64,000 bases of DNA from an uncultured Mycoplasma sp. (GTDB lineage Bacteria; Bacillota_I; Bacilli_A; RF39; UBA660), in NCBI GenBank assembly GCA_964430375.1, contig CAYSEZ010000001.1:532-64531 (forward strand). Reading direction: 5' to 3'. The notes under the pieces were generated by a model that saw nothing but the letters and a program-made list of their open reading frames with translations, was not told where the DNA came from and searched no databases. How positions within the stretch are numbered: the stretch's first letter is position 1; each line of letters opens with the position of its first letter. Both the position numbers and the translations under genes were made by a program. Of the stretch, positions 39,070-51,921 are shown one piece after another.

Positions 39070-40182
39070 TTAATTTATATCTATATGATTAGAGGCTAGT
39101 AAGGTTTTATAAATTAAGCTATTTAAATAACTTTCAATATCTTTAAATAAAGATATATTTTTTATACTAAAATATTTTTCTATTTCTTCTTCTTCTTCTT
39201 TTATTAATTTATTTATTTCATCATAACTTTTATTATTAAGTAAAATACTTAATACATTTTCTTTATATTCATTAAAAACTTTATCAAATTTATAAGAAAT
39301 AATATATATTTTATCTAATTTTTTACTATATTTCTTTAATTCTTTTAAACCATTATCTATTTTTAATATATTAGACATTTCTATCAATATATCATTATTT
39401 TTAATAAATAATTCTTTATTAAAATTTAATAAATAATTCTTTAATTTAGTTATTTCTTTAGTATTATTTTTTTTGTTAATTCTTTTAATTTTTAGATTTA
39501 AAACATCTAATCTATTATTAATATAACTATCTATATCTTCTTTATAACCTTTAAGTATCATAGAAGAGTAATCATCATAAAGATTAATAAAATATTTATT
39601 ATTATCTTCTTCTTTAGTATTAACTTTATTATCTTTAATATATTTTATAAATGGTATAATATTATATTTAAATATTTTTTTTATATCATTTTTTTTATTT
39701 AATATATTAGATAAATTATATATTAATTTATATTTTCCTTCATTGATAATTAAAATATATCTATTATCTTTACCTTCGATAAATAAGTCATAATTATGTT
39801 CCATTGTTTTGATAAATTTATTATTTAAATTATCTAATTCTTTTATAGATTTATTATATATAACTTCTAAAGTTTTTAATTCTTTATCATATATTTTGTT
39901 TTCTTTTAATAAGTGAATAATTAATTTAGTAGTATTTTCTATTAAATCATTCAATATTTCATATGTTTTATTTACCGCTATATTAAAAGTTACAATTATT
40001 CTGGAAATTAATTGATCAGTATCATTGGAATTATTTTTATATAAGATATTAATGTTATAAGATAAATCTTTATTTTCATTTTTTATTAACTTAGTAGCGG
40101 TTTTAATATCAAGTTTTTTTGATTCATTAAAATTATATTTTATACTATCTAATTCTTTTTTTAATTCATTTAATAAATCCAT
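39070..40182 (-). CDS. Helical Asn/Lys/Ile-rich protein of unknown function
   Basis: 370-aa ORF with GGAGGAAT upstream of the ATG. No TM and no recognisable motif. Confidence 0.55.
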   Translation of the reverse strand: MDLLNELKKELDSIKYNFNESKKLDIKTATKLIKNENKDLSYNINILYKNNSNDTDQLISRIIVTFNIAVNKTYEILNDLIENTTKLIIHLLKENKIYDKELKTLEVIYNKSIKELDNLNNKFIKTMEHNYDLFIEGKDNRYILIINEGKYKLIYNLSNILNKKNDIKKIFKYNIIPFIKYIKDNKVNTKEEDNNKYFINLYDDYSSMILKGYKEDIDSYINNRLDVLNLKIKRINKKNNTKEITKLKNYLLNFNKELFIKNNDILIEMSNILKIDNGLKELKKYSKKLDKIYIISYKFDKVFNEYKENVLSILLNNKSYDEINKLIKEEEEEIEKYFSIKNISLFKDIESYLNSLIYKTLLASNHIDIN

Positions 40183-40299
40183 AATTATTCCTCCATATAT
40201 ATTGTACTAAAAAGTTAAGTTTTATTCTATATTATTTTTAAAATATTTTACATTTATTAAATATTATTGTATACTAATAATGAAAATAAGGGTGATTAT

Positions 40300-41106
40300 A
40301 TGGGTGATAAAATAGATAATTTATTGGAGTTTGTTGATACAAATAATAAAAATAATGAGATAAAAAGAAAAAAAAGTAAAGGTTTTAAATTGTTTATAAT
40401 TAATATTCTTACTATTATTTTGCTTTTATCTTCGGGAATGGGAATTAAATCATATTTAGATAGAAAAGAAGATAGTGATGAAATAATATCTATTAATAAG
40501 GAATTAAAAGAAGAGGTTGTAATTATAGATGAGAAAGAAGAATCTAAAGAAGAAGTTATATCTAAAACAGATTATTCTGCGATTTTTGAAAAAAATAATG
40601 ATATGGTAGGTTGGCTTACGGTACCTGGTACAGAAATAGATATATCAGTTGTTCAAACAAGTAATAATGATTATTATTTAAACCATGATTTTAATAAAAA
40701 ATGGAATTCTATGGGGTGGGCTTTCGCAGATTATAGAAATAGTTTTCCAAATTTAGATAGTAATACAATAATATATGGACATACTTATAATAGAACTATT
40801 ATTTTTAGTACTTTAAGTGATATATTAAAAGATGAATGGTTAAATGATAAAGAAAAACAATATATTACATTTAATACTTTAGAGGAAAATGGTACTTGGG
40901 AGGTGTTTAGTGTTTATACTATTCCAAAAACAAGTGATTATTTAGTTATCTCTACCGATGATGAATTTATTAATATGATAACAGAAAGAAGTATTAAAGA
41001 TTTTGATGTAGAGGTATCTAGTAGTGATAAAATTTTAACTTTGTCTACTTGTTATAAGAGTTCTAATACTAGATTAGTATTGCATGCTAAAAAGATAAGT
41101 TTATAA
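40300..41106 (+). CDS. srtB: Class B sortase
   Basis: N-terminal TM. Catalytic triad context IIYGHT (His), LTLSTC (Cys) and TRLVLHA (Arg). LTVPGTEIDISVVQTSNNDYYLNHDF is typical of SrtB. The ATG at 40300 follows AAGGGTGA. Confidence 0.85.
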   Translation: MGDKIDNLLEFVDTNNKNNEIKRKKSKGFKLFIINILTIILLLSSGMGIKSYLDRKEDSDEIISINKELKEEVVIIDEKEESKEEVISKTDYSAIFEKNNDMVGWLTVPGTEIDISVVQTSNNDYYLNHDFNKKWNSMGWAFADYRNSFPNLDSNTIIYGHTYNRTIIFSTLSDILKDEWLNDKEKQYITFNTLEENGTWEVFSVYTIPKTSDYLVISTDDEFINMITERSIKDFDVEVSSSDKILTLSTCYKSSNTRLVLHAKKISL

Positions 41107-41117
41107 TTATGTAAAAA

Positions 41118-41144
41118 TTAAAAGATGAGTTTATCATCTTTTAA
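41118..41144. terminator. Bidirectional terminator between convergent srtB and dnaJ
   Basis: TTAAAAGATGA-GTTTA-TCATCTTTTAA, followed by TTTTTT on the plus strand and flanked by an A-run on the other side. Confidence 0.65.
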
Positions 41145-42253
41145 TTTTTTATAAATTTATTATATTTAGTTATTTCTTTATCTTCTAAATCTGTTTTATT
41201 TAATTTTTCTATTAAGTCTTTTTGTGTTCTATTTAGTTTTTTTGGAGTTACTACTTTAATTACTATATATAAATCTCCATAAGAAGAACTATTTACATCT
41301 TTTATACCTTTATTTCTAATACGATGTTTATCTCCTGATTCAGTACCTTCTGGAATAGTAAGTGTAATAGATGAGTTAGGTAGTTTTACTTCTTTTTTAC
41401 AACCTAATATTGCTTCAGTTATAGTAATTGGTACTGTTATATATAAGTCATTACCATTTCTATCATAAAATTCATGATCTTTTACTCTAAATTCTATATA
41501 TAAATCTCCGTTTGGACCATCGTTTTTAGAAGGTTCTCCGTATCCAGATAATCTTAATTTATTTCCTGTATCAACACCCATTGGTACTTTTACTTCGACT
41601 TCTTTTGTTACTTTTTCTCTTCCTTTACCTCTGCAAGAAGAACATACTTTTTCATATATTACACCTTTTCCATCACAATCTGGACAAGTAGTTTTTGTTA
41701 AGAAACTTCCAAATATAGTATGTTGTTCTCTAGTAACTGAACCACTTCCGTGACAAGTAGAACAATTTTTTTCTCCTGTACCACCTTTACCATTACATTT
41801 AGAACATTTAACAGTGGTAGTTATTTCTATTTCTTTAGTGCATCCTAAAACTGCTTCCATAAAGGTTAAATCCATTCTAACAAGTGAGTCTGCTCCACGA
41901 GTGTTTCCTGCTTTTCTTCCATCTTTTCCAAAGAAACGATCAAATATTGAATCATATTCATCATCACCAAAACCAAAGTTAAAGTTAAATCCATTAAAAT
42001 CAAAACCATTTCCTCCGAAACCTTGATTTCCATCAAATGCAGCGTGTCCAAATTGATCATATTGTTTTCTTTTGTTTTCATCTGATAAAACAGCGTAAGC
42101 TTCTTGGACTTCTTTAAATTTTTCTTCCGCTCCAGCATCTTTATTTACATCTGGGTGATATTGTTTTGCTAGGCGTCTAAATGCCATTTTTATATCTTTA
42201 TCACTAGCGTTTTTATCTACCCCTAGTACTTCATAATAATCTTTTTTTGCCAT
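41141..42253 (-). CDS. dnaJ: Molecular chaperone DnaJ
   Basis: J-domain (DYYEVLGV...HPD), G/F region, and four CxxCxGxG zinc repeats. Confidence 0.96.
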   Translation of the reverse strand: MAKKDYYEVLGVDKNASDKDIKMAFRRLAKQYHPDVNKDAGAEEKFKEVQEAYAVLSDENKRKQYDQFGHAAFDGNQGFGGNGFDFNGFNFNFGFGDDEYDSIFDRFFGKDGRKAGNTRGADSLVRMDLTFMEAVLGCTKEIEITTTVKCSKCNGKGGTGEKNCSTCHGSGSVTREQHTIFGSFLTKTTCPDCDGKGVIYEKVCSSCRGKGREKVTKEVEVKVPMGVDTGNKLRLSGYGEPSKNDGPNGDLYIEFRVKDHEFYDRNGNDLYITVPITITEAILGCKKEVKLPNSSITLTIPEGTESGDKHRIRNKGIKDVNSSSYGDLYIVIKVVTPKKLNRTQKDLIEKLNKTDLEDKEITKYNKFIKN

Positions 42254-42264
42254 ATTTTCACTTC

Positions 42265-44055
42265 CTACTCATAATATACTTTTTTAAATTCATCTAGTGT
42301 TTCTCTAAACATATCTAATGCCTTATCTATTGTATCATCATTTACTATATCTATGCCAATATTTTTTAAAATATCTAAAGAATATGTTTTTCCTCCACTT
42401 TCTAAAAACTCTAAATAATTTTCTAAAGCATTTTCTTTATTTTCTAATATATCACTAACTATGCGACACGCAATTGATATACCTGTAGAGTATTTATATA
42501 CATAGAAACTATTATAAAAATGTGATATTCTAGCCCATTCTAGTTTAATTAAATCATCACTTATTATATCGTTTCCATAATATTTTTTATTTAATGAAAG
42601 ATAAATATCAGAGAATAATTCAAGAGTAAGTATTTCTCCTTCTTCTTCTTTTTCATGTATTATTTTTTCAAATTCTGCGAACATTGTTTGTCTAATAAGA
42701 GTTGTTCTAAAATCTTCAAGTAAGTTATTTAAGAAAAATAATTTTTCTTCTTTTGTTTTACTTATTTTATACATATATTTATTTAATAATATTTCATTTA
42801 CTGTTGATGCTATTTCTGCTAGAAAGATAGTATATGATGAGTCTTGATAATCGCGTGCTTTATGAGAATAATAACTATGCATAGAGTGTCCTAATTCGTG
42901 AGCAAGTGTTGATACACTATAAAAATCATCTTCATAGTTTAATAATATATATGGAAGTGTATCATAAGATCCCCATGAATAGGCTCCTCCTCTTTTGTTT
43001 TTATTATTATATACATCTATACAGTTACTATCTATTATATTAGTTAAATCTTTAATATAATTTTCACCTAATGGTTTTAATGCTTCTTTTATAATATTAA
43101 CTGCTTCTTCATAAGTATATTTTCTATCTATATCTTTAACAAGTGGTACATATATATCATACATATGAAGTTCATCTACTTTAAGTATATCTTTTCTTAG
43201 TTTTATATAATCATAAACTATATCTAAATTATTATTTACTTTTTCTATTAAATTATCATATAACTTAGTAGGTATATTATCAGAAAATAAACTCATTTCT
43301 AAAGAGTTTTTATAATTTCTAACTTTTGCAATTAAATTATCAGTAGTAACACTTCCTTTTAAAGTACTTGCATATACATGTTTTAAATTATCATAAGAAG
43401 TATAAAAATTAGTAAATGCTTCTTCTCTTATTTTTCTATTATTATTTTTTAAATATTTAGAATAATTACTTGATGTAAGAGGCATTAAATTACCATTTTC
43501 ATCATGAATACTTTCAAATTTTATATCTACATCATCTAACATATCAAATGTATCTGATGATAAAGAAAATACTTCACCCATCTTTGATAATAATTCTTCT
43601 TCTTTTAATGATAAAGCGTGCTCTTTATCTCTAAATATTTCTTCATAAGTAAAATGATATTTTTTTAATAATTCATTTTCTTTTTCAAAGTTTTCTATAT
43701 CTTTAAACTCACCTTTTAAAAGTTCAGGAATAAAAAAGGCTGTTTTATATGATACTTCATCAGATAATTTACTTATTTTATCACTTAATACTTTATTTTT
43801 AGATATAGCCATATCTTCATGATGTTTCATAGTGCTGTAGACTATTAATTTTTCAAGTATTCTTACTACTTCATAATATTTAGAAGTTGCATTATATAAA
43901 TTAGTGCTGGTAGTAAGTAATTTATCTTTATATTTTTCTACTTTTTTTACTTCTTCTTTTACTTTTTTTATATCAGAGTTTATTTCTTTATCATCTTTAT
44001 ATATTTTAGTTAAATCCCATTTATAATTGTTATCAATTTCTATTCTATCTTTCAT
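42265..44055 (-). CDS. pepF: Oligoendopeptidase F (M3B)
   Basis: HELGHSMH zinc motif in an M3B-length (596 aa) protein. GGAGGA RBS. Confidence 0.9.
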   Translation of the reverse strand: MKDRIEIDNNYKWDLTKIYKDDKEINSDIKKVKEEVKKVEKYKDKLLTTSTNLYNATSKYYEVVRILEKLIVYSTMKHHEDMAISKNKVLSDKISKLSDEVSYKTAFFIPELLKGEFKDIENFEKENELLKKYHFTYEEIFRDKEHALSLKEEELLSKMGEVFSLSSDTFDMLDDVDIKFESIHDENGNLMPLTSSNYSKYLKNNNRKIREEAFTNFYTSYDNLKHVYASTLKGSVTTDNLIAKVRNYKNSLEMSLFSDNIPTKLYDNLIEKVNNNLDIVYDYIKLRKDILKVDELHMYDIYVPLVKDIDRKYTYEEAVNIIKEALKPLGENYIKDLTNIIDSNCIDVYNNKNKRGGAYSWGSYDTLPYILLNYEDDFYSVSTLAHELGHSMHSYYSHKARDYQDSSYTIFLAEIASTVNEILLNKYMYKISKTKEEKLFFLNNLLEDFRTTLIRQTMFAEFEKIIHEKEEEGEILTLELFSDIYLSLNKKYYGNDIISDDLIKLEWARISHFYNSFYVYKYSTGISIACRIVSDILENKENALENYLEFLESGGKTYSLDILKNIGIDIVNDDTIDKALDMFRETLDEFKKVYYE

Positions 44056-44076
44056 TTATCCTCCATATCTAAATAT

Positions 44077-44100
44077 AGTATGCACTAAAAAGTGCATACT
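44077..44100 (-). promoter_or_regulatory. Perfect 10-bp hairpin between dnaK and pepF
   Basis: AGTATGCACT-AAAA-AGTGCATACT. There is no strong U-run on either strand. It lies 7 nt after the dnaK stop and ~12 nt before the pepF RBS. Confidence 0.5.
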
Positions 44101-44106
44101 ACTAAA

Positions 44107-46193
<2,087 letters not shown>

Positions 46194-46210
<17 letters not shown>

Positions 46211-46709
46211 TAACAACCACCATACTAGGCCTAATAACCTTATCTTTATATGTATATCCTTTTGTAACTACATTTAAAACTATTCCATTATCTTTAGTTT
46301 CATCTTTAATAGTAGTTACAGCGTGATGTACATTAGGATTAAACTCTTTATCTAATGCTTCTATTTCTTTTACTTCTAAAGAGTCTAATATTTCTTTTAA
46401 ATTTTTATAAATAAGATTAAAACCTTCTAGAAAACTTTTTTGTTCTTCACTTAAATTATTTTTCATACTAAGTGCTCTTTCAAAGTTATCTATTACTAAT
46501 AATAATTTTAAAATAACATCCTCATTAGCATATTTCATAATTTTACTAGTTTCTTCATCTTTTCTTTTACGATAGTTTATAAGTTCAGCCTTACATCTTA
46601 GCACTTCTTCTTCAAGTGATTTATTTTTTTCAAGTAAGTTTTCTACTTCTTTACTTTTTTTCTTTTTTTCTTTTACAGGCTTTTCTTCTTTTTTTATTTC
46701 TTCTTCCAT
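46194..46709 (-). CDS. grpE: Nucleotide exchange factor GrpE
   Basis: Coiled-coil N-terminus plus DNFERA and FNPNVHHAV blocks. Confidence 0.92.
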
Positions 46710-46713
46710 TTTA

Positions 46714-47706
46714 TCACCTATTTTTTTCTATATTCTTCTTTATATAATCTAGCATACTAACTACTCTACTATATTCCATTCTTTTTGGTCCTATTATTGC
46801 AATAGTACCTTCTTCACCACTTGTTTTATATTTAGTTTTAATTACTGTTACATCATCATCTAAATTAGTTTCTTTTCCTATATAGATATTTATATCATTA
46901 TCATTTTCTTCAATACTAGAGATAACATCTTTATCATCTAATTTATTAAATAAATTTTTAATCTTTTCTATATTATTAAATTCAGGTTGATTTAACATAT
47001 TATTTTTACCTACGAAAGATACATCACTTTTTTTAGTAAAATCACTAAATACATCATAAAAGGCATTATATATTATTTCGTGTTGAGTTACATATTGATT
47101 AATAATTGGTTTAATTTCAAACTCTAGTTTTCTATTTATTTCATCAATTGGAGTACCCACTAGAAGTTTATTAATTAATTCAACTGCTTTTTGGACATCT
47201 TCTAGTAAGATATTTTCTACTAAAATATTTTTATGCTCAACGTGACCTTTATCAGTAATTATTATAGCAAGCATTCTAGAATCAGATAGAGGCATAACTT
47301 CTACTTTTTTTAGTTTATTTTCATTAGATTTAGAACCTAATACTACTGAAGTATAATTAGTTATTTCTGCGATAATTTCTAAACTTTTCTTTAAATAATC
47401 ATTTAATTCTAATTTATTATTATTACATATTATTTGAAGTTTTAATAAATCATCACCATTCATCTTTTTAGGTTCCATTAAATTATCTACATAATAACGA
47501 TATCCTTGTTCACTAGGAACTCTACCAGATGATATATGGGTTTTTTCTAAATAACCTAATTCTTCAAGATAAGCCATTTCATTACGAACTGTTGCACTAG
47601 AACAATTTAATTTTTCACATATTCCTTTGGATCCGACAGGATTTATGCTTTTTACATATTCTTTTACAATAAGTTCTAGGATCGCTTCTTGTCTTGTCGT
47701 TAACAT
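46714..47706 (-). CDS. hrcA: Heat-inducible transcription repressor HrcA
   Basis: MLTTRQEAILELIVKEY...SSATVRNEMAYLEELGYLEKTHISSGRVPS. The ATG at 47706 is preceded by GGAGGC. The track's 47724 start would lie inside CIRCE. Confidence 0.92.
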   Translation of the reverse strand: MLTTRQEAILELIVKEYVKSINPVGSKGICEKLNCSSATVRNEMAYLEELGYLEKTHISSGRVPSEQGYRYYVDNLMEPKKMNGDDLLKLQIICNNNKLELNDYLKKSLEIIAEITNYTSVVLGSKSNENKLKKVEVMPLSDSRMLAIIITDKGHVEHKNILVENILLEDVQKAVELINKLLVGTPIDEINRKLEFEIKPIINQYVTQHEIIYNAFYDVFSDFTKKSDVSFVGKNNMLNQPEFNNIEKIKNLFNKLDDKDVISSIEENDNDINIYIGKETNLDDDVTVIKTKYKTSGEEGTIAIIGPKRMEYSRVVSMLDYIKKNIEKNR

Positions 47707-47717
47707 ATTCGCCTCCT

Positions 47718-47744
47718 TTAGCACTCCTTTTTCTCTAGTGCTAA
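47718..47744 (-). promoter_or_regulatory. CIRCE operator (HrcA binding site)
   Basis: TTAGCACTC-N9-TAGTGCTAA, compared with the consensus TTAGCACTC-N9-GAGTGCTAA (one mismatch). It lies between the -10 element and the hrcA RBS. Confidence 0.88.
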
Positions 47745-47748
47745 TTCC

Positions 47749-47777
47749 ATTATATAGTTTATGTTAGCACTTGTCAA
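47749..47777 (-). promoter_or_regulatory. Consensus sigma-A promoter of the hrcA operon
   Basis: On the minus strand: TTGACA-N17-TATAAT (TTGACAAGTGCTAACATAAACTATATAAT). Confidence 0.75.
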
Positions 47778-47791
47778 TATATAACTGCTAA
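47764..47791 (-). promoter_or_regulatory. Second, degenerate CIRCE-like inverted repeat overlapping the -35 element
   Basis: On the minus strand: TTAGCAGTT-N10-AAGTGCTAA. Two arm mismatches and a 10-nt spacer. Confidence 0.45.
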
Positions 47792-47819
47792 TTTTTTTTA
47801 TTTTTTTCATCAGAAAAAA

Positions 47820-47840
47820 AGACACTTATTTCAAGTATCT
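47820..47840 (-). terminator. Terminator after rny
   Basis: On the minus strand: AGATACTT-GAAAT-AAGTGTCT, followed by TTTTTTTCTG. Confidence 0.6.
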
Positions 47841-47850
47841 TTTTAATTTT

Positions 47851-49404
47851 TTATTTTGCTTCTTCTTGTGCCCTTGTTTCTCTTATTACAGTTACTTTTA
47901 TTGTACCAGGATATTGAAGTTCTTTTTCTATTTTTTCTTTTATTTCTCTTGCTATTTTATGAGAAGTTATATCATCAACAATTTCTGGTTTTACAAGTAC
48001 TCTAAGTTCACGTCCTGCTCCTAAAGCATAGCTTTTTTCTACTCCTTTAATATCTTTTGCAATGTTTTCTAGTTGTTCCATACGTTTTATGTAATTTTCT
48101 AATGAATCGTTTCTTGCTCCAGGTCTTGATGCTGAAAGAGAATCTGCAATTTGGACCAAAACTGAAATAATACTAGTAGGTTCTGTATCTCCATGATGAG
48201 ATTCTATTGAGTTAATTACTATGTTATTTTCTTTATATTTTTTAGCTAGTTCTACTCCAATTTCAACATGGCTACCTTCTACTTCATGATCTATTGCTTT
48301 ACCTATGTCATGAAGTAATCCTGCTCTCTTTGCAAGATTTACATTTTGTCCTAGTTCTGCGGCCATTATACCTGCTAGGTGTGCTACTTCAAGAGAATGA
48401 GTTAAAGCATTTTGTCCATAACTAGTTCTAAAATGTAGTTTACCTATCATTTCAATTAATTCATTATCCATTTTAGTAATACCTAACTCAAAAAGAGCGG
48501 AATTACCATATTCAAATATTTTGTTTTTTACATCTTTTACTGTTTTATCATATATTTCTTCAATACGCGTCGGATGAATTCTTCCATCTTTAACTAAAGT
48601 TTCAATAGTTATTTTTGCAATCTCTCTTCGTAATGGATCAAATGATGATATTACTATTGCTTCTGGTGTATCATCAATAATTAAATCTACACCTGTAATT
48701 GCTTCAATTGTACGAATATTTCTACCTTCTCTACCTATTATTCTACCTTTCATTTCATTGCTAGGAAGTTCAATAGTAGATACTGTTTGTTCATTTGCTA
48801 CAAATGAAGAATATTTTTGCATTGATAAAACTAGTAATTCCATTGCTTTTTTATCAGAATTTCTTTTTGCTTCATCTTCTTTTTCTTTAATATAAGAACT
48901 TATTTCAAAAGAAATTTCTTCTTCTACTTGTTTCATTATTAATTCTTTTGCTGTTTCTTTATCAAGTCCACTTATTTTTGATAGAACTTCAATTTGTTCT
49001 TCTTTTAAGCGTTCCATTTCAACTTGATCATCTTGAATCTTTTTACTTTTTTCTTGTAACTTTTCTTCACGTTCATCTAGCATTAATTCTCTTTTTTGAA
49101 AAGTTTCATCTCTCTTATCCATATTTTTTTCTCTTTGAATAAGACGATTTTCTGATTCCTTAAGTTCTAACTTTTTTTCTTTTATTTCTTTCTCTGCTTC
49201 AAGTTTTAATTTATAAGAATCTTCTTTAGCTTCTAAAATCATAGATTTTTTTTGTTTTTCAATATCTTTTTTTGATTGTTCTGCTAAAAGGTTTACTTTT
49301 TTAAGTGCAGTATTTGCTTTAAAATGATTAATTACTACCGTTAAACCAATTCCTACTGCTAATCCAATTATGACAAGTAAAATGGAGATTAAAATTTCAT
49401 TCAT
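47851..49404 (-). CDS. rny: Ribonuclease Y
   Basis: N-terminal TM, long coiled coil, KH domain ([12 protein letters not shown]) and HD domain ([13 protein letters not shown]...LHDIGKA). Confidence 0.96.
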   Translation of the reverse strand: MNEILISILLVIIGLAVGIGLTVVINHFKANTALKKVNLLAEQSKKDIEKQKKSMILEAKEDSYKLKLEAEKEIKEKKLELKESENRLIQREKNMDKRDETFQKRELMLDEREEKLQEKSKKIQDDQVEMERLKEEQIEVLSKISGLDKETAKELIMKQVEEEISFEISSYIKEKEDEAKRNSDKKAMELLVLSMQKYSSFVANEQTVSTIELPSNEMKGRIIGREGRNIRTIEAITGVDLIIDDTPEAIVISSFDPLRREIAKITIETLVKDGRIHPTRIEEIYDKTVKDVKNKIFEYGNSALFELGITKMDNELIEMIGKLHFRTSYGQNALTHSLEVAHLAGIMAAELGQNVNLAKRAGLLHDIGKAIDHEVEGSHVEIGVELAKKYKENNIVINSIESHHGDTEPTSIISVLVQIADSLSASRPGARNDSLENYIKRMEQLENIAKDIKGVEKSYALGAGRELRVLVKPEIVDDITSHKIAREIKEKIEKELQYPGTIKVTVIRETRAQEEAK

Positions 49405-49453
49405 ATATATACCTCCATTTCATATGTTAAATTTTAATATTAACACTATCTTT

Positions 49454-49482
49454 ATTTTAAATTTGTTTTAATGATATGTCAA
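49454..49482 (-). promoter_or_regulatory. Candidate sigma-A promoter for rny
   Basis: On the minus strand: TTGACA-N17-TAAAAT. Confidence 0.5.
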
Positions 49483-49549
49483 GTAAAATAAACCCTTAAA
49501 AAATAAAATAAAAAACTTTCTAGTAAATTTAAACATAGAAAGTTTTTTA

Positions 49550-50281
49550 TTATTTTTTGTTTATCATACTATATAATAATTTTACTTCTTTTATAGATAG
49601 AGGTCTATACTCTCCACTTTTTAAGCCCTCTATGGTAAGAAATGAGACTTTTTCTCTTTTTAGTTTTAGTACTTCGTGGTTTACTTTTTCAAACATTTTT
49701 TTTACTTGATGGTTTTTACCTTCATGAATAGTTATTTCTACAATACTTGTATCTGTTTTATAATCATAATTTTTTATTTTTACTTTTGATTTACTTGTTT
49801 TAATATTGTCTATTACTACTCCATTTTTTAATAAATAAAGTTCATTAGGTAAAAGTTTTCCTTTTATTTTGGCAACATAAACTTTATCTATTTTATTTTT
49901 TGGATGAGTCATAAAGTTAGCTAATTCTCCATCATTTGTTAGTAATAAAAGCCCTGTTGTATCGTAATCTAATCTTCCTACTGGGTATATTCTAGTATTT
50001 GTATTAATTAAATCTACAACTGTTTTTCTATTTTTATCATCATCTGTAGTAGATACAACTCCTCTTGGTTTATTAAGTAAGTAATATTCTTTATTTTCTT
50101 TTTCTAATAAAACATCTTCTATTTTTATTTCATCTTTATCACTTACTTTGTAACCTAATTCATTTATTACTACATTATTTACTTTTACTTTTCCTTCAAG
50201 TATTAGTTTTTCTGCATTTCTTCTAGAGGTATAGCCAGAATTTGCTATTTTCTTTTGTAATCTTTCCACATCAATCACCAC
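49550..50281 (-). CDS. rluB: Pseudouridine synthase, RsuA/RluB family
   Basis: S4 domain (RLQKKIANSGYTSRRNAEKLI) and catalytic GRLDYDTTGLLLLTNDG. Confidence 0.85.
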   Translation of the reverse strand: MVIDVERLQKKIANSGYTSRRNAEKLILEGKVKVNNVVINELGYKVSDKDEIKIEDVLLEKENKEYYLLNKPRGVVSTTDDDKNRKTVVDLINTNTRIYPVGRLDYDTTGLLLLTNDGELANFMTHPKNKIDKVYVAKIKGKLLPNELYLLKNGVVIDNIKTSKSKVKIKNYDYKTDTSIVEITIHEGKNHQVKKMFEKVNHEVLKLKREKVSFLTIEGLKSGEYRPLSIKEVKLLYSMINKK

Positions 50282-50306
50282 TTAAATTATAAATAATAAA
50301 AGTATT

Positions 50307-51380
50307 TTAATCAAGAATTTTATTAAATAAATTTTTTATTTTATCAAATATAGTTAGTTTTTCTTCTTTTTCTTTTATTTCTATTTTTTTAATTATTTCA
50401 TCATCTAAATATACATATAAGTAACCTTTTATATTATTTTTAGAGTTTATCATATCTATTTTAGTAGTTATTTTATTTTTTTCTTCTTTAGTTAATGGAT
50501 AGGAAAAAGATTCATCTATATATAATTTGTTATCCTCATCATAGTTTAGTTTAAATGTATCTTTGTTTACTATTAAGTAGTTTTTATAATTATTAAATAT
50601 TTCTTCATATATTTTTATATGTAAATCATAGTCATAAATACTATTAAAAGATGCAATAGTAATATCTAAATCATTATTAGAGGCACTAGTTACTAAAACT
50701 CTTTTAGCAGAAGGAGTATATCCTGTTTTACCTCCGGTTGATTTATCATACATAGTTAGTATTTTTGTTTTGTTTGCCCATTCATAAGTTTTTTTATCAC
50801 TTTTAGAAATATATGTTTTAGTACCTACAATTTTTTTAAAAGTTTCATTTTTATATGCATAAGAGTATAAAATGGTTAAGTCTCTTGCAGTAGAATAGTT
50901 TTTTGTATCATCATCTAATCCAGTTGGATTATTATAGATAGTATCTTCCATACCTAGTTCTTTTGCTTTTTTGTTCATCATTTTAACAAAGTTTTCTTCT
51001 GTTCCTCCGACATATGTTGCAATAGTAGTTGCGGCGTCATTTCCACTTCTTAACATTAAACCATATAATAAATCAAGTAATAGCATGCTTTCGTTATATT
51101 CTAAGTAAATGTTAGAACCGTACATAGTAAGTATTTCTTCTTTAGCGGTTACTACATTATATAAATTAGAGTTTTCTATTGCTACAATAGCGGTCATTAT
51201 CTTTGTAGTGGATGCAATTAGTCTTTTATCATCTATATTTTTAGAGTAAAATATTCTACCAGAATTGATATCTTTTACTGATATTGATTCTGTATTTAAG
51301 TTTACTGCTTTTACATTTGGAATAAGTATTAATAGTAATATATTAAATATAATAAGTTTTTTATACATATTTTTCACCAA
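50307..51380 (-). CDS. dacA: D-alanyl-D-alanine carboxypeptidase (S11, PBP5-like)
   Basis: Signal peptide. SxxK (ASTTKIMT), SGN (RSGND) and KTG (GKTGYT) motifs. Confidence 0.85.
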   Translation of the reverse strand: MVKNMYKKLIIFNILLLILIPNVKAVNLNTESISVKDINSGRIFYSKNIDDKRLIASTTKIMTAIVAIENSNLYNVVTAKEEILTMYGSNIYLEYNESMLLLDLLYGLMLRSGNDAATTIATYVGGTEENFVKMMNKKAKELGMEDTIYNNPTGLDDDTKNYSTARDLTILYSYAYKNETFKKIVGTKTYISKSDKKTYEWANKTKILTMYDKSTGGKTGYTPSAKRVLVTSASNNDLDITIASFNSIYDYDLHIKIYEEIFNNYKNYLIVNKDTFKLNYDEDNKLYIDESFSYPLTKEEKNKITTKIDMINSKNNIKGYLYVYLDDEIIKKIEIKEKEEKLTIFDKIKNLFNKILD

Positions 51381-51427
51381 TTAATTATATGAGAAGAAGT
51401 ATTGTTTAATACATTGATTATTAATAA

Positions 51428-51856
51428 CTATTTATCAGTTGCTTTTAAATCTATTTTAATTTCTTCGATAATATGTCCTATATTACCTTCACCTGCATAT
51501 TTATTCATATCAAAGAAGTTATCATTAGCACTTACCCATTCTAATTTATTTACTTCTTCAATTAATTCTACTTCATTTTTTAATATTCCATAGTAAACTT
51601 CTAATTCTATATTCCATTTAATATAAGTAAGATTCATAAAATAAATTAAATCTATATCATCTTTTTTGATATTAGTTTCTTCTTGTAGTTCTCTATAAGC
51701 TTCATTTAATCCATCATTTTCTTTTTCTATTTTTCCCCCTACTAGATTGTACATTCCAATATATGGTTCTTTTGTTCTTATACACATTAATATGTTTTCT
51801 ATATTTTTATTAAATACTACAATTATATTCATTTTTTTCATTGTTATTTCCTCCAT
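51428..51856 (-). CDS. NUDIX hydrolase
   Basis: Nudix box GGKIEKENDGLNEAYRELQEETNI. Confidence 0.8.
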   Translation of the reverse strand: MEEITMKKMNIIVVFNKNIENILMCIRTKEPYIGMYNLVGGKIEKENDGLNEAYRELQEETNIKKDDIDLIYFMNLTYIKWNIELEVYYGILKNEVELIEEVNKLEWVSANDNFFDMNKYAGEGNIGHIIEEIKIDLKATDK

Positions 51857-51921
51857 AATATTTTTAAAATATATGTTTTTATAATAATTATAAGAAAAAA
51901 GAAATAGTTTTTTATATTTCT

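Noticed and set aside
41814-42138. Two ORFs overlapping dnaJ (70 aa plus-strand, 90 aa minus-strand alternative frame).
   Set aside because: They lie inside the G/F and zinc-finger region of a canonical DnaJ. The products are low complexity and there are no translation signals.
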